A stretch of 64,000 bases of DNA from Octopus sinensis (taxonomy: Eukaryota), in assembly GCF_006345805.1 (NCBI RefSeq), contig NC_042998.1:89404001-89468000 (forward strand), given 5' to 3'. The position numbers and the translations under genes were made by a program. The notes under the pieces are model-generated. The model worked only from the letters and a program-made list of their open reading frames with translations. It was not told the origin of the DNA and made no database searches. Shown piece by piece: positions 1-12,520 of the stretch. How positions within the stretch are numbered: the stretch's first letter is position 1; every line of letters starts with the position of its first letter.

Positions 1-160
1 AATAATCTAGTCCGGCTTTTACATTTCGTGTCCTAATACATCTCCTGCTGTGGCTGTAGTCCTATCCTGGACAAACAATCCCTCTGCCAGGTGCCGCAAA
101 TGTAGCGAAGACTTTGCTTGGCTGGTTGTAATGTCATAGTTTCTTGTTGACGTCTTTTCT

Positions 161-213
<53 letters not shown>

Positions 214-862
214 AGAGAACGACAGAAAGAAATATAGAGAGATAATATATAGGTATAAAGTGTTGGGTTTACATAGGAGGAGTTGATTTATATAAAAATG
301 TGAAAAGTATACACGGTGTACAACAAAACAAAGAAAGAAAGTTTACGTAGTATACAAAATGTCACAGTAATGTGGCCCTCTTGATACTGGAGGACTTCTA
401 CGAATAACCAAGTAACCAAACGTCCAAGATATATATATATATTGTGTGAGTGTGTGTAGTGTTGTTATATTTCGGGATGGTCTTTTTTTTGTTTTTTGTC
501 AAATAGAATGGACTAAACGGAGCAAGAAGATACACGCAGACGGAAAAGGTCGCTGAAAAAGTCACTGTGACGGAAGATTTCCGAACAATGGAAATAAGAC
601 AAAATAAGAGCAGTAATAAAGGAAGTAATAAACGAGTGAAGACCGAATACATAGTGCTTATATGTGCTTATTTGGCAAAATCTCAAAAAAAAAAAATGAC
701 CATCCCGAAATATAGCAATATCTTTCAGTACACGGTTTCACATCAGGAATCTTGCAACACATGAGTTGTTTTGACTCTTATTACTACTAAGCACCCTCTG
801 TCACTTTAGTGACGTCTATAATTTTGCCTTTAGGTTGTTAAAATGCTAGTAAGCCATCCATT

Positions 863-905
<43 letters not shown>

Positions 906-1386
906 TTAACTTATTAAACACAGTTCAACAATTCATTCATATTTATGTAAATGATAAAATTGAGAATAGTTTTTATTATTCATCTTGCTATACATTGTTT
1001 CGTACAGAAAAGCAAGATATTGAAATAAGAAAATCTGAGTTGTCAGAAAGTACTCGTCGAAAGCTTATATAAAAACTAAAAAGACGTAAGAACTATATAG
1101 GTATGGTGTTATCAATCATTTTGCAATGGGTTCTTGTAATTGGAGTCATGTCTATTTAAACAACACCAGTCTTGGATAAAAACTATTATACATTTTAACA
1201 GCTAATCTCCCCCATTTACATAAATGTGAATGAAGTTGTTGAACTGTATTTAAGAAGTTGATATTTCTATGTAAGTTTTCATATCTACACAAATTTACAC
1301 TAGTAAATTTAAAAGTAAAGTATGAAGAAACAACGTTAGAAATCTTTGGAAATTACTCCAATTAATGGGCGAACTCGCATTCAACC

Positions 1387-1607
<221 letters not shown>

Positions 1608-3425
1608 TATTATATTACTGTAATAATAATAATAAACAATTGAATGGAATTTATGAATATTTTAATGCATCGTTACGCGCGTTTCCACAACTCAGATGTT
1701 TCTTAAGGTCATAGGCCTTATTCCTGGGATGATTACACTGCGGTTCGTAGTATCTATGGAAATCACATAGATCATGTCCATGCATTCATTTCTTCGGGCA
1801 ATATAGCTTTAATGGATGTTTAATTGATAGTTGTTTATCAAAAATGATCAATGAAAAGGTTGATTGTGGTATGTGGGCATTTCTATGTGTATTTTGTGAG
1901 GAGGAGTGGAAGGTGATTGAAAGAGAGGAATGGTAGTTATATGGAGATGGAGGTGCGTGTGGTGATATGGACTTATTTTACTTTTACATATATATATGTG
2001 TGTGTGTGTGTGTGTGTATTATATTATATATATTCTATATATCATATATTATATATTATATATCATATATTGTATATTATATATATATGTGTGTGTCTAT
2101 GTATGTGTGTGTGTATGTGTATGTGTGTGTCTATGTATGTATGTGTGTATATGTGTGTGTGCATGCGTGTGTATGTGCGTATGTGAGCATGTATGTATGT
2201 GCATGTGTGCGTGTCTCAAATTTTCTCTTTCACTTTTATATCGAACGAAAGGTTTGTATACGCAATACATTTCAATCCCTACAGTACACAAGTTTTGTCT
2301 TCTGGGCGTAGTGTCCCTGGCACTGCTACTATAATTGCTTTAAATAAAAATTTTGTTTTGAATATTGCACCAATTATCATTGTGCTGGAATTTGTTTTTT
2401 TGTTTTTTTTAGATATATATTTCAGAGCTGGTCTTCGTACGTCTGGGATTGTATGTTTCAGTTATATTGTCACAAGATTTCTGCAATGTTTTTCTTAATT
2501 CGTACAGCACGGCTTTATTAATTAGAAGTTGTTCGGCACAACCTCAAGTTCCTTACTTCCCATTTGTTTATTATTCATAACCTTGCTGAACTCGCAGTTA
2601 TCTTAAGGGGTTGATTCAAAACAGCTGCTTCTGTAAAGATTATATATAACGCTTAAAACGTGGACAAGAGGCTGCAATATTTGCCCGTGCTATAGCAAGC
2701 CAGTTTCATGTGTCAATTTGTCCTCCCATAGTTCTTTTAAATATTATATATGCTTGCATGTATTTATATATGAATGTGTTTATATACGTATGTTCAATTC
2801 ATGTTACAGCTGTAGATTGCATTACTTTACCAAAACTGACCTACTTGGCACCGCGCATTCGTGCTCAACTAGACTGACTTCCTTTCTGCAGATTGATAAA
2901 TAACTTTCAGTATCTTTACGCCTGTTGATGTTCCCTAGGGGGGCATACATGCCTCATTTGGTTCGTTTTCTACTCTTTAGTGATTTCGTTACACTCATAA
3001 AAGGAACTAATTCGTTAAATTTATGTCAAAACTTTAGCTGTCCCATGGCGTTTGCCACCGTCTTCCAGTACTACATTTGTACTGAGAAAACCTCTGTGGC
3101 CAACGCAATACTATAGAAGACTAAAACAAAATTCATATGATATTTGCACATTTGTATCCCTTAACTGTTAAAAAGAGCAATGTGATAATTATTTACATCT
3201 TTGTATTGTATATATAATTATTTTCAAATCTAACATCTTACTTCATTTTGGAAGAAAACTGATTTTGTCTTCTTAATTGTCTTTTATATATCATAAATCG
3301 TTTTTGTAAAGAGATATAGCAACAGAATAGATCTGTGATCGGAACAGAATGGGTTTGTGATCGGATTATTTTTTTCTCGGTCTTCCATTATGTTTTTAAT
3401 TTCCTGAGAAGGAGATGGATTTTAT

Positions 3426-3479
<54 letters not shown>

Positions 3480-5844
3480 TATAAAACATTTTTCTGTAAA
3501 ACATATTCACATGCCTAGTGAGACTTTTACCAGTCGTAACTGCCAGCTCTTAGCTGCAGGCTTCTTTTTACACTAATCAGATGAGAAATAAATCTTTCTC
3601 TTGTCTATTACAACTGGATTCTTTGCATATCAAATTCAGTGCCTTAATGTTTATATTGCAAATCATACCACGTTTATACTCTTTTTCTTTCACAAATAGT
3701 CGTTAAAATAACAAACAGTAATATGCTAGATTCGAATTGCCGCCTGCCAACAATTTGTATTCGTTTTATATCCACACAGGATTTGAGACAGAAATTGTGC
3801 GGATACTCAGAGGTACAATTCTCCAATCTGAAAATATTTCTATAATATGTTAGAAAAAATGTAATGAAGATTCTTATTCTATGTTTCATCCGCCTTACAT
3901 ACCAACAACCTTTTATTTCTTTAATTATTGTACAGAACGGCAATATTCACTTTTGCCATGGAATGATGCAGTTTGATTAAATAGGTGGATATTTGATACA
4001 TCTAATTTTTACTGGAGCCAAATAAATCAATTTTACTCATATTTTATGAAAGGGCACTGTTCTAAGGTAAAATTAATTACGTGTAAAAAGACCAGTTTGC
4101 TGTATTAATTCGATATGAGATATTTACGAATGTTCATCTTCTGGTTGAACTCCTCAATAAACGAATTGTTTTAGAACATTGACGGCAGGAATCCTTCACC
4201 TTTATGAGTTCCTGACAATTCTACCCAAACATTGTTTTACACATTTATACACATAAGAATGGAAGTGAGGTCGTTTTCTTTACTCTTGTTAGTATAACTT
4301 TCGGTCAGAGAGTTACAAATATCTATATGTTTATATTTGCTTTCGTGAAAAGGAATGTGTACATTCAGGTGAAGACATTGACGTAAATATAGCTGATTGA
4401 TTATCTAGAAGTGGAAAACTGGATTATAAACTATATATTTGTAAGTTACTGTTTGATGTCAACTGATTATATTTTCCTGCCTCTGGAGTCAGTAGAATAG
4501 ATATTGGCTATACAGCGAAATTAGATTTTCCAGATTTCTTTCTGCAGATAGGGTTTTATTACCACAGAACACAAAACTCTAAAGAATTTCAATTTCCTAA
4601 AGAGATAACAAACAATACGATAGACGTTGCAGATTTCCAAGTTGCATATTAAACATATATTAATCTCTGCATACTGAAACAATTTTTATTAGAATTGTTC
4701 CTGAAATTATTTCATTCGACCGAGTATTAAGATTTGCATGTTATTCTAAAGACATTTAAATTTTTATAACACATTTTTGACGCTGATGTTGGCTTATGCA
4801 CTTTAAAATTCAGAAACACGACTCTCTCGATACCCTTTCTAATTTCTCTACCATGAAAGAATACTCGTCTCCACTCCATACAAGACGACTATAAAGCTGG
4901 CTTTGAGTCCAGATTACGTGAATCAGATGAAAAATAAACTTTTATTGTAGAATATTCGATACCAATTATTTATAATTAGCTAAAGTGAATTCCATACAAT
5001 TAAATCACACTCAGATACACACGGTGATATCTATTACAATGTTTAGGAATGATATTCCCTCTGCAAGTTTTTTTTTTATTTGCCATCAACTTCCAAGACA
5101 ATAATGTTTGCTTGTGAGCTTGAGTTTATATGTGTGAAAAGAGGCGGGAAAGTGTGATGCTAAGCGAGAGAAGATATTTCAAGACTAAAAGATTAGTAAA
5201 TGTAATTGTCTACAAAAAAAAAAAAAATCAGTTGCATTAAGTATAGTACCAGCGTTTAGTATAGTTCGTTACCTCAACATTAGATAAAGGTGTGTGAAGC
5301 TAAACACAAATTATTTGGTAATGACGATATCATTGTTGTACAAACAACAAAAAGCAGTGCAATGCGACTAATTTGCCTTTGTGACCAAGGCGGGTCCTGA
5401 AGAAACATGTTTAGCTTCGTAGATATTTCAACCCATTCCAAACTAAAATATGTCCGAAAGCAATTAGGAAAGCTATTTAGGTATCAAGGCCTAGGATAAA
5501 AGAAATTAAAATATAGGGTATGAAAACATTCTTCTATTCATAATTGGTTTGTACGTGAGTAATGAATCAAATCAGTTAGAAAAACATAGTGTGCTTAGGG
5601 AGCTCGTAATTACAAATTCTGCAAATAAAGCTACTAGATACAATATACGTTATGTATAAGGGCCGTTATAAAATTTATGCACTCTCCTGAAGTGTCTGTG
5701 GTATTGTGCGTTAATAAGGCGAGACGCACGTCGTTAATTCCAACGAAAAGTGTCAGCAGAAATAATAATGTCCTGCAAATGCGCAAATAGCCTTAGATCG
5801 ACTTTGCTTCAGTGAGCTAACATTTATACTAGTTATACTATTGC

Positions 5845-5888
5845 TGCTACTACTACAACGACTACTACGGCTGCTGCTGCTGCTGCTG

Positions 5889-5943
<55 letters not shown>

Positions 5944-6056
5944 GACTGCTACTGCTGCTGCTGCTGTTGAGAAAGTGGATGATAGTAATTGCAGCGGTGG
6001 TGGTGCTGGTGCTGGTGCTGGTGGTCATCATCATCAGCAGCAGCATCATCATCACC
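5845..6056. repeat. Compound trinucleotide microsatellite (CTA/CTG, GGT/GCT, CAT/CAG)
   Basis: Direct reading; source of the poly-L/S ORFs. Confidence 0.92.
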
Positions 6057-6436
6057 ATTGCCATAATTTTCATTTGACAATGGTGCGTCAGATTAGGGTG
6101 AGATAACAAATGCAGGTTCCAATTTGTGTGTGGTTTTACAATGCAAAAAAAGGAATAAAGAGTAAAAGTAGTGAAGAGAATGAAATGATAAATATATATC
6201 ACATTTGCTTAAAACATAAAATATTTGAACACATGAGCGATGCAGTCCACCTGAAACATTGAGGCACCAGCTAGAGCCAGTGAAGGAATACCATTGGTCA
6301 ATGATAAACTTGATCATCAAGGCACGAGCCCTTTCCCACACTTAAAGTAGCCACATTCACTCTAACCATTTTCATTACAATCATCCACCTTTTTGATATA
6401 TTGACTGGAGGAAAATATTTCCCTCTCCACCCTTAC

Positions 6437-6494
<58 letters not shown>
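6437..6494 (+). repeat. (TAA)n microsatellite opening the + strand Dong train
   Basis: Perfect trinucleotide run; further runs at 7051-7134, 9280-9315, 10425-10500, 10786-10832, 11388-11509. Confidence 0.98.
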
Positions 6495-6495
<1 letters not shown>

Positions 6496-6496
<1 letters not shown>

Positions 6497-7050
6497 GCCG
6501 TGATGCAGTGCCAGGCAGTGGCTCTCATGGCTGCTGATCTTAACTGATTGGAAGTGTTATCATGTACATTGTTTTGTCTTGGCATAAAAGATAGGCTACA
6601 GCAAATATTCTGCTCAATACCGCAGATTTGCTTGTCAGTTGTTTGACCGTAACCAGTTGAGCATGTCCCTTGGTGGCTGACGATATGTGCATCTCTGATC
6701 ATGAGCAGAAGTAGTGGGGGAGCATCATAGCCGTGTGTTAAAAGGAATTCTTAGAGGTTTGGATAGTTCACCTTTAGAAACAGGGGTGGTTCGTTCAACA
6801 TCCTTAAACAATCCTTATTTAGGGACCTTTTGAGCGGGATGGGTTACTCGACCAGATGAAAATTCTAACTGGGCCCTACCTGCAAGATCATGCACTGTTT
6901 ATCTTGATATGAGATTACAATGTCGCACACATATGGTTGTGATGCATGTGCCTGCTGTACATTTATCATACGGGTGATCATGATGGGTATACTAGGCTTC
7001 GTATATTTTACCCCAGTGTCACTTTGATGGCATGCATTGCTGTCTCACTC
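6496..7050 (+). mobile_element. 555-bp non-coding interspersed element flanked by (TAA)n, copy 1
   Basis: Collinear (~90% identity by eye) with 10833-11387; identical 5' (TGCC.TGATGCAGT) and 3' (CTCACTC) ends; (TAA)n on both sides. Confidence 0.8.
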
Positions 7051-7135
<85 letters not shown>

Positions 7136-7389
7136 GGAAAATACGCAAGCTGCTGAGTTGTAATAGGATGCACCACCCAAAGGCAGACGTAGATCGCCTT
7201 TACCTTCCCAGAGCCCAAGGAGGTCGAGGCCTGATCCAATTTGAACTAGCTTACAAAACAACCACAATTGGACTGGCCAAATATCTCGAAATATCGAATG
7301 ACTGGATGCTAAAGCTCGTGGAAAATCACGAGAGATGAAAGAAGCTTCATTCTATTATAAAGGAAAGCAAAAAATTTGCTATTGATCTC

Positions 7390-8262
7390 GTGCAGGATAC
7401 CCAAACTGAACAACCCGAGGGAAGTACGGCAACTATTGTTGCAAAGAAGGTGAAAATGATGGTAACGAAAAAAGCGCACGAGCAATTGGCTGATAGGTGG
7501 GAGGAGAAACCTCTGCACGGCAAATATGTGACCCGCAGCAAACAAGCTGATGTTGACCAGAAGCAAACCCATCAGTCGCTACGGAACTCAGGGCTAAAAG
7601 CAGAGAGCGAAGGTTTCATCCTGGCTGCTCAAGATCAAAGCCTATTAACCCGGAACTACCAGGCCAATGTGATGAAAAATGGAGCAGACGCAAAATGCCG
7701 ATTCTGCAACGACATGATTGAAACAGTGGACCACCTAATCTCTGGATGTAAAGTCTTAGCACCAGTGGAGTATAAATTAAGACATGACAGAGTTGGCCAA
7801 TATCTACACTGGCTAATAAGTCGGCATTACAATATCAAAACTGCCGACAAGTGGTATAATCACCACCCTGAGGCTGTAACTGAAGGAGAAAATGTAACCA
7901 TTCTGTGGGACTTTCCAGTACATACAGACCGAACCATCAAGGCCAATAAACCAGATATTGTTGTGAAAGACCAAAGCAACAAAGTTTGCTTATTGATCGA
8001 CATGAGCATACCCTGTGATCATAATATCTCAGCGAAAGAGTTTGACAAGCTCAGAAAATATAAAGACCTACTCATTGAAATTGAGAAAATGTGGCATCTC
8101 AAGGCGGTTACAATACCAGCGATCGTAGGAGCACTAGGAATGATCAAGAAGGGAACCGAAAATTATATGAGAATGATCCCTGGCTTACCATCCCTGCAAG
8201 AAGTGCAAAAGATTGTCTTAACTGGTACATCACACGTATTGAGAAGAGCATTGTCGATGTGA
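7390..8262 (+). pseudogene. CCHC finger + REL endonuclease ORF (290 aa) of Dong family B
   Basis: KPLHGKY, GLKAESEGFILAAQDQ, CRFCNDMIETVDHLISGC, ILWDFPVHTD, KPDIVV, LIDMSIP, KYKDL; premature TGA just upstream (ends ORF 6946-7338). Confidence 0.88.
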
Positions 8263-8370
8263 GAACTGTTGCTGCTCATGTATTTTAATTTAACTTAAAA
8301 AAAAAATAATAAATTTTTTTTTTTTAATGAACGAACTATTGAGTTTGGTTTAATGGCCTACCACTGTATA

Positions 8371-9198
8371 CGAGGGGCGTTCAATAAGTAATGCCCCTGA
8401 CCCACTTCCCATAGCAGTAGGGCAACGAAACTTGGAACAGTTATTAGTCTTTTTCTACATAGGAATCACCCAGAGTTACGCATTTCTCCCATCGTTTGAT
8501 GCAGCTCTGAAGACCGGTTTTGTAGAAGACCCCAGCTTGGTCCTCCAACCACGACGTGACTTCAGAAATCAAGGTTGCATCATCTGGGAAACGCTTTCCT
8601 TTCAAAAACAACTTCATGGCTGGGAAGGGGTGAAAATCAGAGGGTGCAAGGTCAGGAGAGTAGGGGGGATGGGGGATGAGTTCATAGCCGCACGCCTGTG
8701 CTTCTGATCTGGCGACACGCGAGTTGTGGATCGGAGCGTTGTCCTGCAGGAGGAGGATGCCTTTGCTGATCTTGCCCCGCCTCTTGATTTTGATAGCTTC
8801 TCTTAATTTCCTCAAAAGTGAAGCATAATAGACTCCTGTAATTGTGGCACCCTTTGCCAGGAAATCTGTCTTCACTACTCCGTCCTGGTCCCAGAAGACT
8901 GTAAGCATGACCTTGCCAGCGGAGGGCTGCACCCATGCCTTCTTTTGAGGAGGTGAGTCACGGTGCTCCCGTGGTGTGCGTCCTTTCAAATACAAAAACC
9001 GGATCACTGCTCGACACTCGACATGCTCCATTTCACACTTGACTCAGTTCAAACACCTGTAAATCGGAAACCACAATTAGTTCAGAGCTTTAATTTGCCA
9101 CTTCATCTATAGAGATATGAATAATTGCACATGCAAAATTTCAGCTAGATCAAACAACTGCAAGTGGGTCAGGGGCATTACTTATTGAAAGCCCCTCG
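8371..9198 (-). mobile_element. Mariner (Tc1/mariner) internal-deletion derivative, 828 bp, irritans-like
   Basis: 37-bp TIRs (8371-8407, 9162-9198; 1 mismatch), TA duplication at 8369-8370 and 9199-9200; transposase motifs SAGKVMLTVFWD, LLQDNAPIH, HPPYSPDLAPSDF. Subfamily is inferred from TIR and N-terminus resemblance. Confidence 0.93.
8444..9031 (-). pseudogene. In-frame deleted mariner transposase (195 aa)
   Basis: N-terminus MEHVECRAVIRFLYLKGRTPRE fused directly to HRDSPPQKKA..; HTH region, WVPHEL linker and first catalytic Asp are absent. Confidence 0.85.
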
Positions 9199-9315
9199 TA
9201 CTATGAGTTTCTTTGATCTAGGAGTCGGGAAGACACTCGGCAAGAAATGGAAGCAAATTTGAAAGAAGAAAAAAAAAAGTAATAATAATAATAATAATAA
9301 TAATAGTAATAATAA

Positions 9316-9469
9316 AGTTCTCAGTAGAACTGCTACAAAAGGCCAGAATAATTAGGAAAGCATTAGACAGCTGAAAAGAACAAATAGTATGATACCGCAG
9401 GCTGCAGGCAGTAAGCCCGCTACGCATGCAAGACTCCAGGAACTTCAACAAAACCTGTGATAAAGAGAA
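9316..9469 (+). mobile_element. Short 3' end of Dong family D between TAA tracts
   Basis: Homologous to the 3' end of 9482-10385 (GGCTGCAGG..CATGCAAGA.TCCAGG..ACCTGTGATAAAGAGAA) and followed by AATAATAA. Confidence 0.75.
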
Positions 9470-9481
9470 AATAATAATAAT

Positions 9482-10385
9482 GATACACCCAAACATTGCT
9501 AGTGACAGTTAGGAACGAGGGAGTATTGAGATAAAAGAAAAAGGGAAAACAAAGAAAGAAGTACATGAAGAAAAATTACGCAAGAAGGCACTACACAAAC
9601 AATTCCATGTAACCACAACAGAAGTTGCTGGAAAAAATCAGGTGGATTTGGTTGATGAAAGGAACTCTAAAAAAAAGAGACTGAGAGCACTATACTGGCA
9701 GTGCAGAACCAAGCTTTGGCCACCTGGGGAATGAGCAAGTGTCTCCGCTGTGTCGCATCTGCAATAGAGTGGTATAAACCATTGCCCATATCACGAATGA
9801 ATGTTCAGGACTTGTCCAAAACCACTACGAGTTGTGGCAACACGACCAGGTAGCGAAAGTGCTACATTGGAAACTGTGCGAAAAGTGGGGGCTAGAGAGA
9901 GGCAAGAATGTGTGGCGGAGTCGGAGACTAGCAAAATCCTCTGGGATTTTCGAATCCAAACAGTTCAGGCGCAAGAGAATAACAGACCAGACCTAGTGAT
10001 GGTGGACAAGGTACACCACATATGCTATACAGTTCATGTTGAATACCCTTTTGACCAATCAATAATCACGAAGGAAGGTGAAAAGATAGATAAATACAAC
10101 CTTCTTAAGTAGAAAATAGCCTGAATAGGGAAAATGAAGAAGGTGAAGATAATGCCAATTATTGTTGGATCTTTGGGAATAGCATCAGAGGGCATCAAGA
10201 AGGATATAAAGGAAATTGCAATACAGTACCCAGTAGACCTGCTACAAAAGGTTTGCTTCCTTGTCTCAGCAAAGTATTATGATAGCTGAAAAGGACGAAA
10301 AGCAGGGTACCATAGGCTGCAGGTAGCAAGACTGTGACGCATGCAAGATTCCAGGAGCTCCAATAAAACCTGTGATAAAGAGAAA
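9482..10385 (+). mobile_element. Degenerate 5'-truncated R4/Dong element (family D)
   Basis: Decayed finger CRICNRVV.TIAHITNEC and REL KILWDFRIQT..NRPDLVMVDK..EKIDKY (ORF 9801-10112); followed by CAA/TAA repeats. Confidence 0.8.
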
Positions 10386-10423
10386 ATAATAGCAACAACA
10401 ACAACAACAACAATAAAAAATAA

Positions 10424-10479
<56 letters not shown>

Positions 10480-10500
10480 TAATAATAATATAATAATAAT

Positions 10501-10782
10501 AGGTAACTAGAATGTGGAATCTGAAAACAGAAACAATTCCTATCATAGTAGGTGCATTAGGCATGATAAAAAAATATTCAGACAAATACATAACAAAAAC
10601 ACCAGGACTTAGAAACACATATAACATACAGAAAATTGCACTACTAGGCACTGCACACATCCTACGCAGAACACTTTCCATACAATAACCATCAGAGCAT
10701 CACAACAAATCACAGCACATACCCAAGGCACACAGAGCTGCGCTCGGTAGTGAAGTGAAAGCACGCTATAAAAATAAAACTA

Positions 10783-10785
<3 letters not shown>
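10501..10785 (+). mobile_element. 3' fragment of Dong family A between TAA tracts
   Basis: Nearly identical (about 3 differences seen) to the reverse complement of 41036-41320. Confidence 0.92.
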
Positions 10786-10832
<47 letters not shown>

Positions 10833-10834
<2 letters not shown>

Positions 10835-11387
10835 CCCTGATGCAGTACCAGGCAGTGGCTCTCATGGCTTCTGATCTTAACTGATTGGAAGTGTTATCAT
10901 GTATATTGTTTTGTCTTGGTATAAAAGATGGGCTACAGCAAATATTCTGCTCAATACCACAGATTTGCTTGTCAGTTGTTTGACCTTAACCAGTTGAGCA
11001 TGTCCCTTAGTGGCTGGCGATATGTGCATCTCTGATCACGAGCAGAAGTAGTGGGGGAGCATCATAGCCATGTGTTGAGAGGGATTCTTTGGGGTTTGAA
11101 TAGTTCACCTCTGGAAACATGGGTGGTTCGTTCAACATCCTTAAGCAACCCTTATTCAGGGACCATTTGAGCGGGATGGGCTACTCAACCTGAAGAAAAT
11201 TCTAACTGGGCCCCACCTGCAAGGTCATGTGCTGTTTATCTTGATATGAGATCACCATGTCGCGCACATATGGTTGTGATGCATGTGCCTGGTGTACCTT
11301 TATCAGACGGGTAGTCATGATGGGTATATTGGGCTTCGTATATTTTACCCCAGTGTCACTTTGATGGCATGAACTGCTCTCTCACTC
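10833..11387 (+). mobile_element. 555-bp non-coding interspersed element flanked by (TAA)n, copy 2
   Basis: Same length and ends as 6496-7050; (TAA)n at 10786-10832 and 11388-11509. Confidence 0.8.
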
Positions 11388-11510
<123 letters not shown>

Positions 11511-11894
11511 CAGATAGCGTAATATTAATAATAATACTCATACCGTAAATACCAAACAAAATGAACAAAGCCCACAGCATGTGCCATAGAAGGCCGATAC
11601 CCGACAGAAGAACACAACCAGTGCTGCACGAACAACACAACACAAAACCTAATTCAACAGAAGACTCAAACCAAATCCCATAACAAAACATACTGATACA
11701 ACACAATATCACTTACCCCACCACCACCACCACTAAATAAAAAAAAAAGAAATGCAGAACACACCACCCTACCAACCCAAAGATGCAACAAATGATGCAA
11801 AAGAAAGTTGCTTGAAACTATCAGATGTTCAAAAAATAATAGTGGTGATGACGTCGGTGACGAACGTTACCTTACCTAGTTTATGAGAGACAGG

Positions 11895-12520
11895 AATTTC
11901 CGAAGAAACTTTGTTTGCTGTAAATAATAATAAAGCATTCAAGGGACATCTCTGGTGGAATTCGAGGTGCATGTCTGCTGGTATCAGTGGAATTCTTGGA
12001 ATAAACACATTTTATCCCTTTCCTTGTCCAGTGAGGATTGTTGCTTCCAAAAGATGTGGATGCATTTGCCTGACAATCAGTCTTGTTCCATTGCACAGCT
12101 TTGGAGGATCCAGATTTCTCAAAAGAATTACTGGAATTCCTTTCTCCAATGTCAATTTATGAGAATGAATTCCAAGAGAATCCAAAGAATTAAGAAACTC
12201 AGTAGGAGGGTCCACATCAGTATCAATTGAGAAATAATCTTTTTCCTTAGTATTGATTGATTGCATAAGTTTCCAATTGACAATCAAGACAGTTTCACTA
12301 TTTGGCGCAAGTATGGCTCTTTCACAAAGCTAATCATGATCTTGAAAATCATGTCCAATGTATAGCCTTGGTAATAAACTCGTCTACAGTTTTGTCCAAA
12401 ATTTCACTGCCATTTGGAAAAGTGATGTCTACATTATTGTCTTGTTGAATGCTTCCATTTCCCAGATCCAGTAGCTTAGCTGTAAATCTTCCAGTATCCA
12501 AATCTCTGAATAAACTGACT
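11895..12520 (-). mobile_element. Helitron PIF1-like helicase fragment
   Basis: EFLNSLD..HKLTLEKGIPVILLRNLDPPKLCNGTRLIV..EATILTGQGKG*NVFIPRIPLIP and upstream LLDLGNG; these are typical Helitron RepHel helicase motifs, here with stops and frameshifts. Confidence 0.85.

Larger units (their letters stand above)
7135..9279 (+). mobile_element. 5'-truncated R4/Dong element (family B) with a mariner nested in its 3' UTR
   Basis: Begins right after (AAT)n 7051-7134 with RKIRKLL..MHHPKADVDRLYLPRAQGGRGL; 3' UTR continues after the mariner and ends at (TAA)n 9280; same 3' UTR uninterrupted at 40676-40886. Confidence 0.9.

Noticed and set aside
1715-1822. Peptide SWDDYTAVRSIYG, reminiscent of the matrix-metalloproteinase Met-turn downstream motif
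   Set aside because: Bounded by in-frame stops, with no usable splice sites and no HExxH motif; likely chance.
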